Assembly: GCA_038087875.1 (NCBI GenBank)
Contig: CM075979.1
Coordinates: forward strand, 38,316,001 to 38,380,000
Length of the DNA: 64,000 bases
Source: Malacoraja senta
Lineage: Eukaryota
Direction of reading: 5' to 3'
The translations under genes and the position numbers were made by a program. The notes under the pieces were generated by a model that saw only the letters and a program-made list of their open reading frames with translations, searched no databases and had not been told where the DNA came from. Below are positions 1-13,500 of this stretch, in pieces (the first letter of the stretch is position 1; each line of letters begins with the position of its first letter).

Positions 1-479
1 AGTCTGCAGTCCTCCTGTCTACACTTTCACTATAAAGCTGTTTGTATTTGAGTTGCCTGCACCTTTTTTGGAACTGCAAAGCTATGCTTTTGTGATTATG
101 CATGTTAAACTACACATGTTAAACAGCCAAATGCTTCCACCAATGGATCAAATCAAAGCTCTGCAGCCTTTCCAGAACAATGTTTCTATGTTAATGAGAT
201 CCTTGCCATCGCAGAAGCCATTTGGGCATGGGCTGATCAATGACAAATAACATTTGTACTACACACATGATAGACAATGACCCTCTCCAACAAGTCGTAC
301 CGACCTATACGTGTCATTCAGTTATCATTTTCCCATCATTAACATCTGAAGGATTACTATTGAACATTAATATTGAAGCAGCACGAGGAGTTCAAAGGAG
401 GGGATCCTGTGGCGTGTGATTTTTACATCATGAAGCCAAAGGTCATTCCTTCATCTGACAGTTGCTTTGTCTTTGACTT

Positions 480-920
480 GCCCTCATGAGAGTTGCTGCA
501 GTTGCACTCATCGTGCTTTACACTGTCCAAGAGCTTGCCGTGCTTGACTGGTATTCCAGCCACCAATCTAAGCATCCATTCCTTCACTACTGAAGCACTG
601 TGGCTGCAGAGGATACACTGTACAAAATGTAACATTTACTTGGCCAGCACTCCCAAATCTACGAAGTGCATGAGAACACATCTGCGGGTTCCCCTCCAAG
701 TTGCACATCAGCCAGATCTTGGAAACTTATTACCAGTTCCTCACTGTCAATAAGTCTAAATTCTGGAACTCCCTCCCCAACATCATTGTGGGAATACCTT
801 TACCAAAATCAGTATGAAGGTTAGAAAAAGCCACTCACTGCCACCTCTGGGTAATTAATGATGGTCAAAAAAATGCCAGCCTCACCAGTGATGCCCACAT
901 TCTGTAAAATGACAAATAAA
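480..920 (+). mobile_element. Old LINE 3' remnant
   Basis: Degenerate RT C-terminal-like coding (IPATNLSIHS) followed by a LINE-like 3'UTR ending in aataaa. Confidence 0.5.
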
Positions 921-1376
921 TAATTTCAGTGAGGTGACTGTACTGACTGCACTATCATTAATCAATTTGGATCACTGCAGGTAACTGAATGAAACTCTTG
1001 TCATTTTGAATTATCAAATTACTAAGCCTGATGGTAAAGATGGCAATGGTTTTCCATAACATCATTATGTTCTTGGAATGAGCGGTTCTTGATATTTTTT
1101 ATCCAATCCAAGTTAACTGTGGCCTGGCTATTAATAAGACTAGGTTATCTTGGTGTGAAGGGGTGAATCTTTGGAACGAAAGCTCAGAAGTTTATCACAA
1201 CAGGCTGTGGAGTTCATTTCTGAAAAATTCTAAGCAGTAACCAGTGTTCTGTGTCTCATTGGTTTTGAGGTCTCTATTTCACTTCATGTGTGCCTAGTCC
1301 TCTTATATGTGGTGGTGGTTAAAGTGAGTTCAAGTATCTCTGCAATGTTGAAAAGCTTCCATTTCTGCTCCCTTAG

Positions 1377-1542
1377 ATCCAGAGGTAGCACGGGACCTGC
1401 TTCAGTTAGTGCAGTGCCTTAGACTGGTGGGAGACTCCATCACCATGGAAATGGCTTCGTTAATGGAGACGGCAGTGAGCCACTTGCAGCCCCCAGAGAA
1501 AGCTGCGGAGCAGATCATGGAGCACCTTTTGGCGAGAGACAC
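1377..1542 (+). CDS. NUP160: NUP160 exon (DPEVARDLLQLVQCLRL...PEKAAEQIMEHLLARD)
   Basis: ccttag| acceptor, |gtgagt donor, phase 1-2. Confidence 0.92.
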
Positions 1543-4500
1543 GTGAGTAAGACCGAGTGGCTGTGGTGCACAGGATTTAGTGATACCCTTCAGAGGGGAA
1601 TTTGGTAAATGCTTGGAGGAGAAAAGATTGCAGGATGTGGGAGCAGGCAGGCAACTGGTGTGCTGATAGGATAGCTCTTCAAAATGGCCATTTCCCCGGT
1701 GTAATGTTATCTGATCTGATGAATCTTGCTCTTTGATGATGAAAAGTTGCTGGTGACTGTGGCATTGTTGGTCGTAATGCTGGTTGCTATGTTTCCTCCA
1801 TGGTTAAAAGAATCTGGGGCTATAGTCACCTGCTTACCATTGTTTGGTTTCTGGTCTGCAATTCACAATGGTCTCCCCTCACTACATAACTACCACCTCA
1901 TACCCAAACTGCACATTCCCATGCAAGCCAAGGGCAGAACAAACTGCTACACAGAGACATCTCCTGCGAGATGTAAAGCAGGAGCAGTGACTTGTGTCTG
2001 CAAACATCACTGATCTCCTGAAAGCTAAGCTCATGTCTCCTGTCTTCAAGAGTTTGCCTGACTCTTGTAGCCTTTGAGGAACAGGATGAAGGTGACAACC
2101 AGTGAGATCGTTTCTTGGAGGGTGCAAACGACTGCATCTGCTGCAATCTGCAGCAAAAAAACAAACCTGGGAGGAAATCAGCAGGTCAGAGAGCATCTCC
2201 AGAACAAAATAATTAATCTTTTAACTTTTTAATCATGGAGTGTTTAGTTGAGCTTCATTGTGGGGATAAGCCATGTATGCTCTGGAGACAGGCTTGTTCT
2301 CCATTAACATGCCTTTATTCAATATGTTGACAAGATCAGCATTTATTGTCATTCTTCTACCTCCCCTCTGGCCCACTGGTATTCTTCTAATAATGGAACA
2401 ATAAAGGAATTGATCCTCCTTTTTATTGTATCAAGAAGTCTGAGGTGCTGTGGAAACGAGCTTGCTGTAGGCAGTGGGCAGTGTACATTGCAGGAAGACC
2501 ATGGACTGCTGTCATGAAACAAGGTGTAGTGTTGTACACCTCACTGGCCGCTGCGAGTCTTGAGTGGTTGTTTGATACCTGGACTCTGTTGTATAACAAC
2601 TTTTCATTGAATGGTAGAATTGCTCTTGGAGACTAAAAGATGGGCTTAATCATTTTTTGTTTTTTTATATATATATATAGTGAGACACACATGGAACTGC
2701 AAAGTAAACTGCAGGATATCCGTAACCCAGGCAACATAATCCAGCTGTTGCTGCGGGAGATGGACTTAGAGGGCGACCTGGAGTCGAGCAATGGTAAGGT
2801 GAATGTGGTGGGGGAGCCAGCCAAATCTGACCTGCCAAATGGCATTTGTACAACTAGCAGTACCTTTGTTATAGGAAGGAACTGCAGATGCTGGTAAACC
2901 AAATATAGACACAAAATGCTGGAATAACTCAGCGGGACAGGCAGCATCTCTGGATAGAAGGAATGGATGACGTTTCGGGTCGAGATCCTTCTTCAGACTG
3001 AATCAGGGGAGAGGGAGACAGATAAGGAATGTTAGATGTGAAAAACGACATAAAGGGGATGGAAATCAAGGAAAATGTGGAATAGATTATTGTTAGCTGG
3101 GAGAAGGTAACAGCAAAGCAAACAGATAAAATGTAAACGAGGACAGTCAGACTAGTCGAAGAACTAGTAAGGGGGAGGGATCGAGAGAGGAAAGGCAAAG
3201 GTTACTTGAAGTTAGAGAAGTCACTATTCATACCGCTGTTATTCTCCCACTAGTCTGATTCCTCGTTTACATTTTATCTCTGTTTGCTTCGCTGTTATAA
3301 TAATCTAACCTAGCTAACAATAATCTCTTCTACATTTTCCTTGATCTGCTGAGTTACTCCAGCATTTTGTGTCTATCTTCTATTAGCAGTACCTTTGTCT
3401 TTTCAATGGATTTGCTTTTGTCTGCACTCATGGGTCATATGTGCTTGAATGATTAAGTTGGCACTCCATGACTGCTACAAGAGTACAGTTGTGTCTTGTT
3501 CCTTTACATGGAATTGGATGGTCCGTTTATATTTTAGTTGGTGTTTTAACCATTTCTTAAACCACAAATGTTATGGCAGAGACATTTGGTTGTGCTATCA
3601 GAGTGCTCATGCCACTGATTCTGCCAGGTGATATTTTGCCTACAAATCTTTAGCCCTAAAGTTATACTGGGGAGGGTGGGGCTGGTGTGATTTTCTCCAG
3701 GCAACTGGGTAATTGTGGCTTTGGTCTTGTCTCATGGTTCTGATGTCAACTGGGTCCATGCCACTTTTGTTGAAGTGATATGATTGGGAGTCTGTCTTTC
3801 TCATGTTGTTTGTATAAAGCACGGATTTGTGTTATGTTGTGGGCAATCACTGCTTTTTCCTATCCCCTGTGTACCATTTGACTGCCTTTGAACTCTGCTC
3901 CGAATCAACTACTGGGAGGTGCATGAATTGTCCTAGATTTGCACAGGTTTGATTTTTAATTGGGGGGCTCTCTGCTCTCTTCTAGGTTCCCTTGATACTA
4001 CTAGATTGCATCAAACTGTGCTACCTGCTCTGTGTACTATGTGCTCTGTGTACTATGTCTTAGAATGGAAACCTGCTGATTTTTTTTTGTTATGTATTTT
4101 CCAGGCCCGCCTCTGCACATCCGAATGAACATGGCCCAGTTTTATGGTAGCAATGTTGCCATTAATGTTGTGTGTCAGGCAGCGTACCACATATCCATGA
4201 CCCGTTTCCTCATCTGTCGTGACCTCCTAATTCTGCAGCAGCTAATGCTGCATGTTGGAGACGGCGTAAGTATTCTTTGATTGCACATTATGCAACAGGG
4301 TGGGTTGTAACTTGCGTTTGAGCTGCTGGAGTAGTAAGCGCCTTGTAATATATCTCAAGCCTCATAATGGCCGTGTGATCTAACTATGAGATGGCTGTTT
4401 TAAATTTTAAGATCTAAATATTTGTATTTACCATCTATTGCCATTGTACTTACAAAGTGACTGGCTTAACATTTGCTTGCTGTTTTCTGGGTGTGTACTT

Positions 4501-7500
4501 GGGTTTGTTGATTTTTCTGTTATTTTCATTTATCTTACAACGTAAAAGTTGGATTTAATTAATTAATTTCCAAGAAAGCAGCGATCTCCGTGTCTGATTA
4601 GATTAGACCAATATTATTGCAGATAGTCCACTCTGGAAGTGTATTTTAAGAGTTTGTGTTTGCATTTATCAAACCCGCACAGGGTATGATTTATTAATTG
4701 GCCTTCCTGTGTGTTCTTCAGGTGAGTTTGGGAGCTGGTGGATATCTCTTGCAGCTTCAGCAGGAGCTCATTCCTCGCACATCACTCCTCGTGTGCACCT
4801 ACTTTGTGATGAGATGGGCTTGTCAGTCTTTAGCATCGGCCGTACCTGTTGATACATTGTAAGTGAGCTGGGATCCGATGGGGAAAAAAATGTGTTTTTT
4901 TTAATCAAGGCCTAGTTCCTCCAGTGAAATACATGCCTTTTATAGTCCACTGCAGATTTAGCACGTTTCATTTCATATAACAACCAAGTATGTAGGGCTT
5001 TATAAGTGGGAATATTTCCCATTACAAAATTGATATCAGATCCTTCAGTGGGTTAAGTGCTTTCTGAGACCTGAAGTGAAATCCAATCACATTTGAGGCA
5101 AGAGATTAGACTCTTTTCTTGCCTGTTCTCTTGTAAGATTCCTGTAATAAACTGTTCCTCTATCTAACTCTAATTACCAGTGTGTCTTTATCTGCAACAT
5201 GGCTGCCTTGAAAATAATCTTCCTCTTCTGAGGTTGAGGCTGTTTGTGTGAATGGAGCTGCTCTATCTAATTAGAGTGCCTGTTCCCAGACTACTTGTGT
5301 TCAATAAAAGGAGTTGCATTTCCCCCATAAGACATATAACATCCATTAAACGTCCATTTTTTAAAAAACTGGATAAAATGTGTCTCTCTATTCCTTGTTT
5401 CTCTTGAAACATTCCGCACCACCGTCACTGTACTGGTGTTATCTCAGAATCAGCAAGAAATTGAACAGCCAGTTGTAGTTTGTCTTTGGCAGTTATGTGG
5501 ATTTTCTTACCTGGGCACTATCTCGAGTTTGATAGTACAGGTCCACCATGGATTTTCCAGCGCCCTTGGTTCCAGAGTCTTTCTGGATTATTGTTTTGCT
5601 GGACCAACAGAGGCCATGGCCTCAGAGGAGACCAACTGTACTTGAACGGTCCTCCTAAGCTGTCGAGATACTGTCCCGCAAATTTGACCTCGGAAGTCGG
5701 CTGTGGCTTTAACCAGGCTGGAGTTGCAGAACCACGGCCACAGGGGGGCAAATTCGACCTGCTATTTGGTGCAGAAGACCTGATGAGGTCAGGATCAGCT
5801 GCCTCACCCAGCCTTGCCGCATTTTTTTGGGGGGGGGGAGTGGTTTCATATGCGCTCTCGTAATTTTGTCTGGATTAAAGGATGTGCCGGACTGCAATTT
5901 GCCAGAAAATTGTTGGTGGACCTGTAGAGACAAGGTAAATAATTGTAGAAGGAACTAACCAGCATTTTTCTGTGGTTTCAGGGAATCAAACCTGCGACAA
6001 TTGTCAGTGTTAGAGCTGTCAGACTCTAATGCCTTAACTTCGCAACGTGCAGGTAGGTAAATTTGCCAAATCTGTGACTCGTGGAGTTGGGGTGGGGGTT
6101 GGTTTTCAGTAACAAGGCGAAGAAGATGCCAGCCAATGTTGACACAGATATTTGAAAAGTTAAGGGATAAAATTATTTTACCTTCACAGTCAGTGCTGCT
6201 TGTGTGCAGTACATATGGCTGGTAAAATCTTACAAAAGCTAGTTAACCATTCAATAAAATTATGCATAATGACTGACATAACTCCACAGCACATGATTTT
6301 CTTAACTCCCTTATATGATCAGATTGTTGTTAATAATGTGCACAATTGACCTGGCATTGATTCATCTTTGTCCAATTACCAGCTCATGCCTAACCCCTCC
6401 CTCCTTCATCCCAGCCGCAGATGTGAAAGCAAAAATAGTTTTCCTTTCTACTCTTTTTCTCCAGAAAACAAATAATTGCTCTTATAATCTGGGGAATACA
6501 AGTATGCATATGATCTTTTATTGTAATGTAACAATTATGTAATGGCACTTGGAGTCCATGTATCATTCTGATCACTTTCAGCTTTTTAATTACTTCTGTT
6601 CTTATGCACTTCTTAGTATCTCATTGTGTGTTCCCTTGCCTTGTTTGCCCTTTCCTTGTGATTTCTCGTGATTTGTAATTTTGTCATTTCTATGCCTGAC
6701 TAATGAATCTGGGTGTTTCCGTAAATTCAGCACTCAGTAGTGAAACTGAAGGTCTCCAAACTGCCAGGTTATTTTCTTGGTTTTTTTTAATGTAATATTC
6801 CCATTGTTTCATATCCTGTATTTTAAGTAGTATAGATCATGGTGTACAGCCAAAATAATGAGATGAAACAAAAATAAATGAATCTGTTTTTACAAAGAAA
6901 GATATCAGTTATGTCCCTGTGTTTTCTTGCCTTTTTTTTTGGACATTTTTCAAGCAGGATTTCATTAAATCCTAAGGCTGATTTATACCAGAAAGTTTAC
7001 ATTAATTTTGCTATTAACTATCTCTATATAAGCTAAATTCTGATTATGCTTATGATTTGTTTCATTTATCACCTGATAAGATGGTTTTCTGATGCCCCAA
7101 GTTTTTGCAACAGAACGTGATTAGCAGTATCCCTTTGGTCACGTGTGAAATATGTGAATTAAAAGCAGAGTGACCGTTTTTATATTTATTGATTCTTTTT
7201 AAATTATATTTTGTGTTAAAGCTTTCCATTGAAATACTTAATAATGAATAGAACTTAAAATCATGAAATAATTTATGCTAATCTATTTTATCAATGTCTC
7301 ATTCTGCAGTCCCTCCCTTTTTTGCACTGGTTGTGATTTAAAAAAACATGTTTTTGTTTTAATAATGTGATTGTAATGACCCTGGCCTGAACTATGGGCC
7401 TCTTGGTGAGTTACGTGCTGACATTTTGTAAGGGAGCTTAGAAATGAGTACAACAGACAGTGTCCCATTTGTCTTATGTCTTATAAATATATATTTCTTT

Positions 7501-10500
7501 TTTTTTTTCAATTTTGAGAGTATTAAATATTGGTCACATTTTTGTCGATTTTGATCTTAAATTAGCTAAAAAGGTAGGCCCATTTTTAATGCTGTGGTAT
7601 TTCATTATGATTTAATAACTTTCAAATTTGGCCACCCGTGTCACAGGTTCATTTTGGTACCCATATTTATGGAAACGCCCATATACATTTTCCTGCAGCC
7701 TAGAATTTCCTTGCTCAGTATTTACCACTTCTCATTACGTCTCTTTTTATCTAATTATCCTATGTTTGTCATGCATTGCTTGAATTATGATGTAGAAAAA
7801 TATTCCCATCTACTATTGGGTACAAAACAACACAATTACACATTGAGTCACTGGGGTTTCCTGCTTTAAAGGATTAATGCTTACTATGGACCCAGAGAGT
7901 AATAATCAGGCTGTTTATACATTATCAGGTGAGTTTCTTGTAATGGCTGGCATAATTTTTGCTCTTTCAATCACAGATTTTAATAAATTAGGTGCTATAT
8001 CCTAGCATGTTGAAGATTTAATTTCAAATCCTTGTTACGGTAACACTGATGACTTGCCCTATTTTCTAGCCAGCAGCCTACGTACAGTGGTAGAGTTGTT
8101 CTACCAGCAGGTGGCCAGAAAACACATCCTCTCCCGGCTGTTGTCCCAGGATAATAGTCCTTTAAATCACTCGTTAATCAACTGGGCGCAAATTGGCATT
8201 GTCATTGCAAACTACCTCCTCCAGTATTTGTATCCTTTACAATGGTGCCTAAGATAGCAGTATGTTTGTTTGTTTTTTACAATTTGTGTGTTCTATATTG
8301 ATAATATCTCATCAGAGACAGATTTCGACTGAAAGATGATGCAAAGAATCGCTGATAGATTGAGACTGTTTATTTATTTTTTTTAAAGGGCAGGAATTAA
8401 AGAGATGAAATTCAGGATAAGTATTTGAAAAAAAATTAGTGATGACATTGAAGGCACAGTGGCACAGCGGTAGAATCACCAGAGACCTGCATTCGATACT
8501 GACCGTGGGTGCTGTTTAAAGAACTGCAGATGTTGGTAAAATCGAAGGTAGACACAAATTGTTAGAGAAACTCAGCAGATGAGGCAGCATCTATGGAGAG
8601 AAGGAATTAGCGATGTTTCGGGCCGAGACCCTTCTTCAGACTGATGTCAGGAGAGGGGGTAGGACATAGAAAGAATGTAGGCGGAGACAGTGGGACTAGT
8701 GAGAGAACTGGGAGGGTGGGGGGGGGAATGAAGAGAGGAGAGAGAGCAAGGGCTACCTGAAGTTAGAGAAGTCAATGTTCATGCCGCTGGGGTGTAAACT
8801 ACCCAAGTGAAATATGAGGTGCTGTTCCTCCAATTTGCGCTGGGCCTCACTCTGACAATGGAGGAGGCCCAGGTCAGATTGGGAATGGGACGGGGAGTTG
8901 AAGTGCTGGGCCACCAGGAGATCAGCTTGGTTAAGACGGACTGAGCGGAGGTGTTCAGCGAAACGATCGCCGAGCCTGCGGTTGGTCTCGTCGATGTAGA
9001 GAAGTTGACACCTGGAACAGCGGGTGCAGTAGATGAGGTTGGAGGAGGTGCAAGTGAACCTCTGCCTCACCTGGAAAGACTGTTTGGGTCTGTACAGAGT
9101 TTGTACATTTGTAGCAGATCTGGCAACATCTAGAGATCAATCCGAGCTGTATCAGGCCAATAACCTGTCACTGGAATCTTTGTACGTGTGATCTGTCAAA
9201 TACACGTTATACCTTAACCATGGATGTTAAAAATCACTTATTGTCATTTGAAAACCTGGAAAGGGCTCACAGTATTCTTTCCTCAACCGATGCCGCTGAA
9301 AAAGGATTAGGTTTTCAATTGGTCATTTGTTTTGTACTGAACTATTTTTACAGATTAATAGGGATGTACGATATTCCAGCAGTGACTACATTGGCACAGT
9401 AGTTTGTAGCAGAGTAGTAACCCAGAAGCTTGGATGAATAATTCAGACCTAAATTTTAATCCCAGTGCAAGCTATGAAATTTAAATATAAATATGGTTGT
9501 TAATTTTAAGGAAATAAGGTAGAGAAATTATCACAAAATAGTGGCATTGGAATATTATTATTATATGTGATGAAATACAGTGAAATGCTTTGCGTGCAAT
9601 CCAATCCAATCATATCATATACATGAGTATAATCCAGCCATATACAAGTACAGCACACACTTGGAAGAATCATTGAAAGTGGTACAGGATGCTCTCTGGG
9701 GTGGGGGCTTCAATACCCATCACCACCTTGGACTTGACAGCACTGAAGTATACTAGAAATCTCGGCCTGAGATGTGATTTCACCTGATTGAAAAGCTTTA
9801 CAGGGATAGCGATTTTACTACTATTTGAGAAAGCGATTGATGTCCCTGACTTTCCTCACGAGGATTCCAAGCATTTTCATGACCTTTGTATATGGCCGTT
9901 CCAATTGCCATGTTCTTTGGCCATTTTCTGTATGAGTGTGACGGGAGTTATGAACCAGTCTTTCCCTTCCCCTGATCACTTCTCAAACTGAAAAATATTA
10001 TTGGCTGTGATTTATTGCATCCTGTGGTCAGTGGTAGTAAATCAACCTCTAACACAGGCTTGCCTGTTACAATTTTAAGTCTGTTTACTCTCCTGTGTGC
10101 TAATCTGGAAGCTTCAAGGAGGCACATGTGATGGTTTCCAGCTGATAGTGAAATGATTGCAAAGGGAACTCACAAGATCAAAGACTGAAACAGCTGCTGT
10201 GGCTGTGTATTAGTTTAGTTTAGAGATAGAGAGTAGAAACAGCCCCTTCAGCCCGTCGAGTCCATGCCGATCACCCTTACACTAGTTCTATCCTAGACAG
10301 TGCGGACAATTTACAGTAGCCATTTAACCTACACACCAGCACGTTTTTGGAATGTGGGAGGTAACCAGAGCACCCCGAGAAAATCCACACTGTCACAGGG
10401 AGAATGTATAAACTCCGTACAGACAGCACCCGTAGTCAGGATTGAACCAGGGTCACTGGCGCTGTGATGCAGCAACTCTACCGCTGATGGTGCCACCATA

Positions 10501-13500
10501 TAAACAAAGGCCACATCTGGCCACATGCTCCCTGCTTCCATGTTGCTACAACACGTCTTTTGGTCTACGACACATTAATCTTGGCCATCCCCATTCTTCC
10601 TTAAATCTGATTCAGATGGGCAAATAATACCAGCTTTCTGTTTCCGGAGTTTCTCATGGGACACTGCCAATATGTACAGCTTCAGGTAGGTGATATATTT
10701 ATATTCATTGTGTAGTTCTTGGTGCTGTGCCTCTTCAGGTAATGAAACTTGAAACCTCACCCTGAAGGTGTGATTTCGCTATATTGACTTTGCTGCCATT
10801 TTGGGGGGGGGGGGGGGGGGGGGTTGATTAATGTCCCTGATATTCCCCACTATATTCCCGAGTATTCCTATGGCCTTTATATATGGTTGCTGCAGTCACC
10901 ATTCTCTAAGCATTTTGTGGGGCAGGACATGATTATGAACCATTTTGGTTCATATTCATTTGGTTCGCAGATCATTTGGTTCACACATCTGAACAAGGGT
11001 GGGAATTCAGGGCTAAGAGAGATTGCCCGCGAGACAGTAACATTTGAACAAATGTGAGATTCAGGAGCCAGGTAAAATCAAAATCATTGGTGCTGATATC
11101 ATACTTAGAGCAAAGTAAGATGATTGTCCTTGGGTGCCTATAATCTAGACATCAGAACAGTGTCCATGATTCAACTGTTTTCAATTACGTCTTTCATCTC
11201 GCCTCCAAATAGGACACAAAGGGATCTTTACGTTGTCATAGTTATAAAACTATACAGCATATAAACGGGCCGTTTGACCCAACTTGTTCTTGTCAACCAA
11301 GCTGGTTAACTGAGTTAATTGCTCTTGCCTATGCCTGGCCCATATCCTTCCAAACCTTTCCTATCCATGTACCTGTCCAGGTATGTATTACATGTCGTAA
11401 TTGTACTCTCCTCTACCACATCATATTTCAACTTGTTCCATGTACGCACCAACCACTGTGAAAACGTGGTCGCTCAGGTCCCTTTTAAATATTACCCCTC
11501 TCACCTTGTGTTTAGTCTTCCTTTGCATTTACAATGTGCCTAATGGACAATACAGCTCACCCCCTCCATGACACACAGGTCAACCTGAGGAGCACCTTCA
11601 GCAACAGACTGGTTCCACCAAGATGCAGCACGCCACATGAGATCCTTTTTCCCTGTGGCGATCAAACTGTACGACTCCTCCCCTTCTGTCGTGTTGTGGA
11701 CTGACTCCCCTTCCCCCCTCCCAAATCTTTTCACATCCCCAATCCTGGACTTTCCACTGTCACTTTAATTTCATGTATCTTGTTGTGTTTTATGACTGTT
11801 GGCAGACCAATTTCACTCCTGGGATAAATAAATTTCTATCGTATCGTATCGGATTACTGACTATAGGATGTGGATTGCGGGAAACCTGGGTGTTAGTTTG
11901 GGGTGGAGGGGCTGATGTTCAGCTTGCTACAGGGCACCAGATTGTTCTGGGAGAGTGAGGGCATATTGGGTTTTTTCTCTCTGCTTGAGTTCAGTGAGTT
12001 GCAAATTATATTTGCAATTACTTTCCTTGTCAAGTCTTCTTAACATCTTTCTTCTGACAGGAGCCTGCTATTACGGAGTAACTTGTCTGTGTTGAAGATG
12101 CTACCTGCGTGTAGCATCTTCAGAAAATATGTTTTCTTCTTCCACATCACCTTGTTTGAGTCTGCTATATTCGAAGAGATAGTCTTGTTGACTGAGAAAT
12201 TATCTGCATTTCAATCAGAATTTTGATTCTCTGAGACTGAATTGAATTAGCCTGTTCAATTGTGGCTGGGATTGTACCCCTCTCAATCTGGGATTGTACC
12301 CCTCTCAACCCCTCTGGAATAACCCCTCTCGCCAGCTATTGGGATAACAGAGGCAAATGTTGCCCTATAAGAACCGATCTATAATGGGATTATGTGAACT
12401 AAACTGAATTCTCACTGTTGATGTTGATATGCTTCATGTGGCTTTTTAATAAAACTGGCACCACTAATTATTCCCATGTTTACTTAATTTTTAAGGAATA
12501 TGTGCGTCTGTTGCAACCTTGGTGTGAAGTAAATGTTGGCTCACGGCGCTTTGTGCTAGGGCAGTGTTACCTGGCCACAGGTGAAGGTTACAAGGTAAGG
12601 TTGTGGTGAGAGTGGAAGATGAGCGAGGTTGCGGTGGGAATTTCTGTTGCTGCTTTCAGCACCAGTATGCAAAATTGTATATTACTTTCCATGTTTGCCT
12701 CAAGGTGAGATCCTTGGTAGATGGGAGACTGCCAAAAAGTCACCAATTCATAATAGTGATGCATAATGGATGAGGACCTGTCCTGAACCTGGCAGCAGGC
12801 TGACGTACTTTGGAATGAGGATTCATTCCAGATTTATTCCCAGCATAATTCATGGCTATTTGCTTGAATCTCTTCAGTCGAGCATTATCCATTCCCTCAG
12901 TGCAGAAGCATTTATGAACTAAATGACTAATGCCACCTTCCTGTGTGATCCAGCACACTCACATGGTACCACTCATCGTCAGGAATTGACAAGAAAAAGC
13001 TCCTCTTGCCACATGTTTCCTTACCTCTCCTGTCTGCCTGCAATCTATTCTTCACCACTTCCATTTTCTCATCTACACAATGCCTCGTATCAAATGAAGA
13101 CAACATTAACTTCTACCTAGATGCCGGCATATCCAAATTATCTCAGCCTCTCCCACATTGGCCACCTGATATGCTGCACTGGATGCACAAAAGATTCCTT
13201 TAAGTATCAAGCAGACCAGAGCCATTGTCTTGACACAGCCTTTGTTCCTTAGCTCCTGCCTTCTCCTGTTCCTTGTCTAGATCAGGTGTTACATTGGACA
13301 TCTGAGCCTCCATGTACTAATAAAGTCACAAAGGTTTCCACCAATTCTGCATTGGCTCAGCTACAGCAGAAGCCCTTGATTTCCTTCAAATATGGCGATT
13401 CATATGATCTTCTGGCCAGATTTCCTGGTGTTTTCTTATCCTGGTCTTCGAACTCTTTAATGGACTTTGGCATCCTGTGTCATCTCCCTTGTCTCCTGTA

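Larger units (their letters stand above)
8230..10615 (+). other. U12-type (minor spliceosome) GT-AG intron of NUP160
   Basis: 5' splice site GTATCCTTT at 8230-8238; branch site TTCCTTAAA at 10597-10605, about 10 nt before the AG, with no long pyrimidine tract. Confidence 0.9.

Noticed and set aside
6731-6767. 37-nt candidate exon in a NUP160 intron
   Set aside because: Weak donor (gttatt) and frame-shifting length; no further support.
8753-9070. Domesticated GIY-YIG nuclease gene
   Set aside because: 5'-truncated, YIG is mutated to YID, it is followed by a pLTR, and several decayed copies are in the window; it is a Penelope-like remnant.
10803-10823. Long G run as a functional G-quadruplex (also 18704-18720, 22447-22465, 25115-25134)
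   Set aside because: Simple homopolymers recur throughout the window and are unreliable in length; no specific evidence of function.
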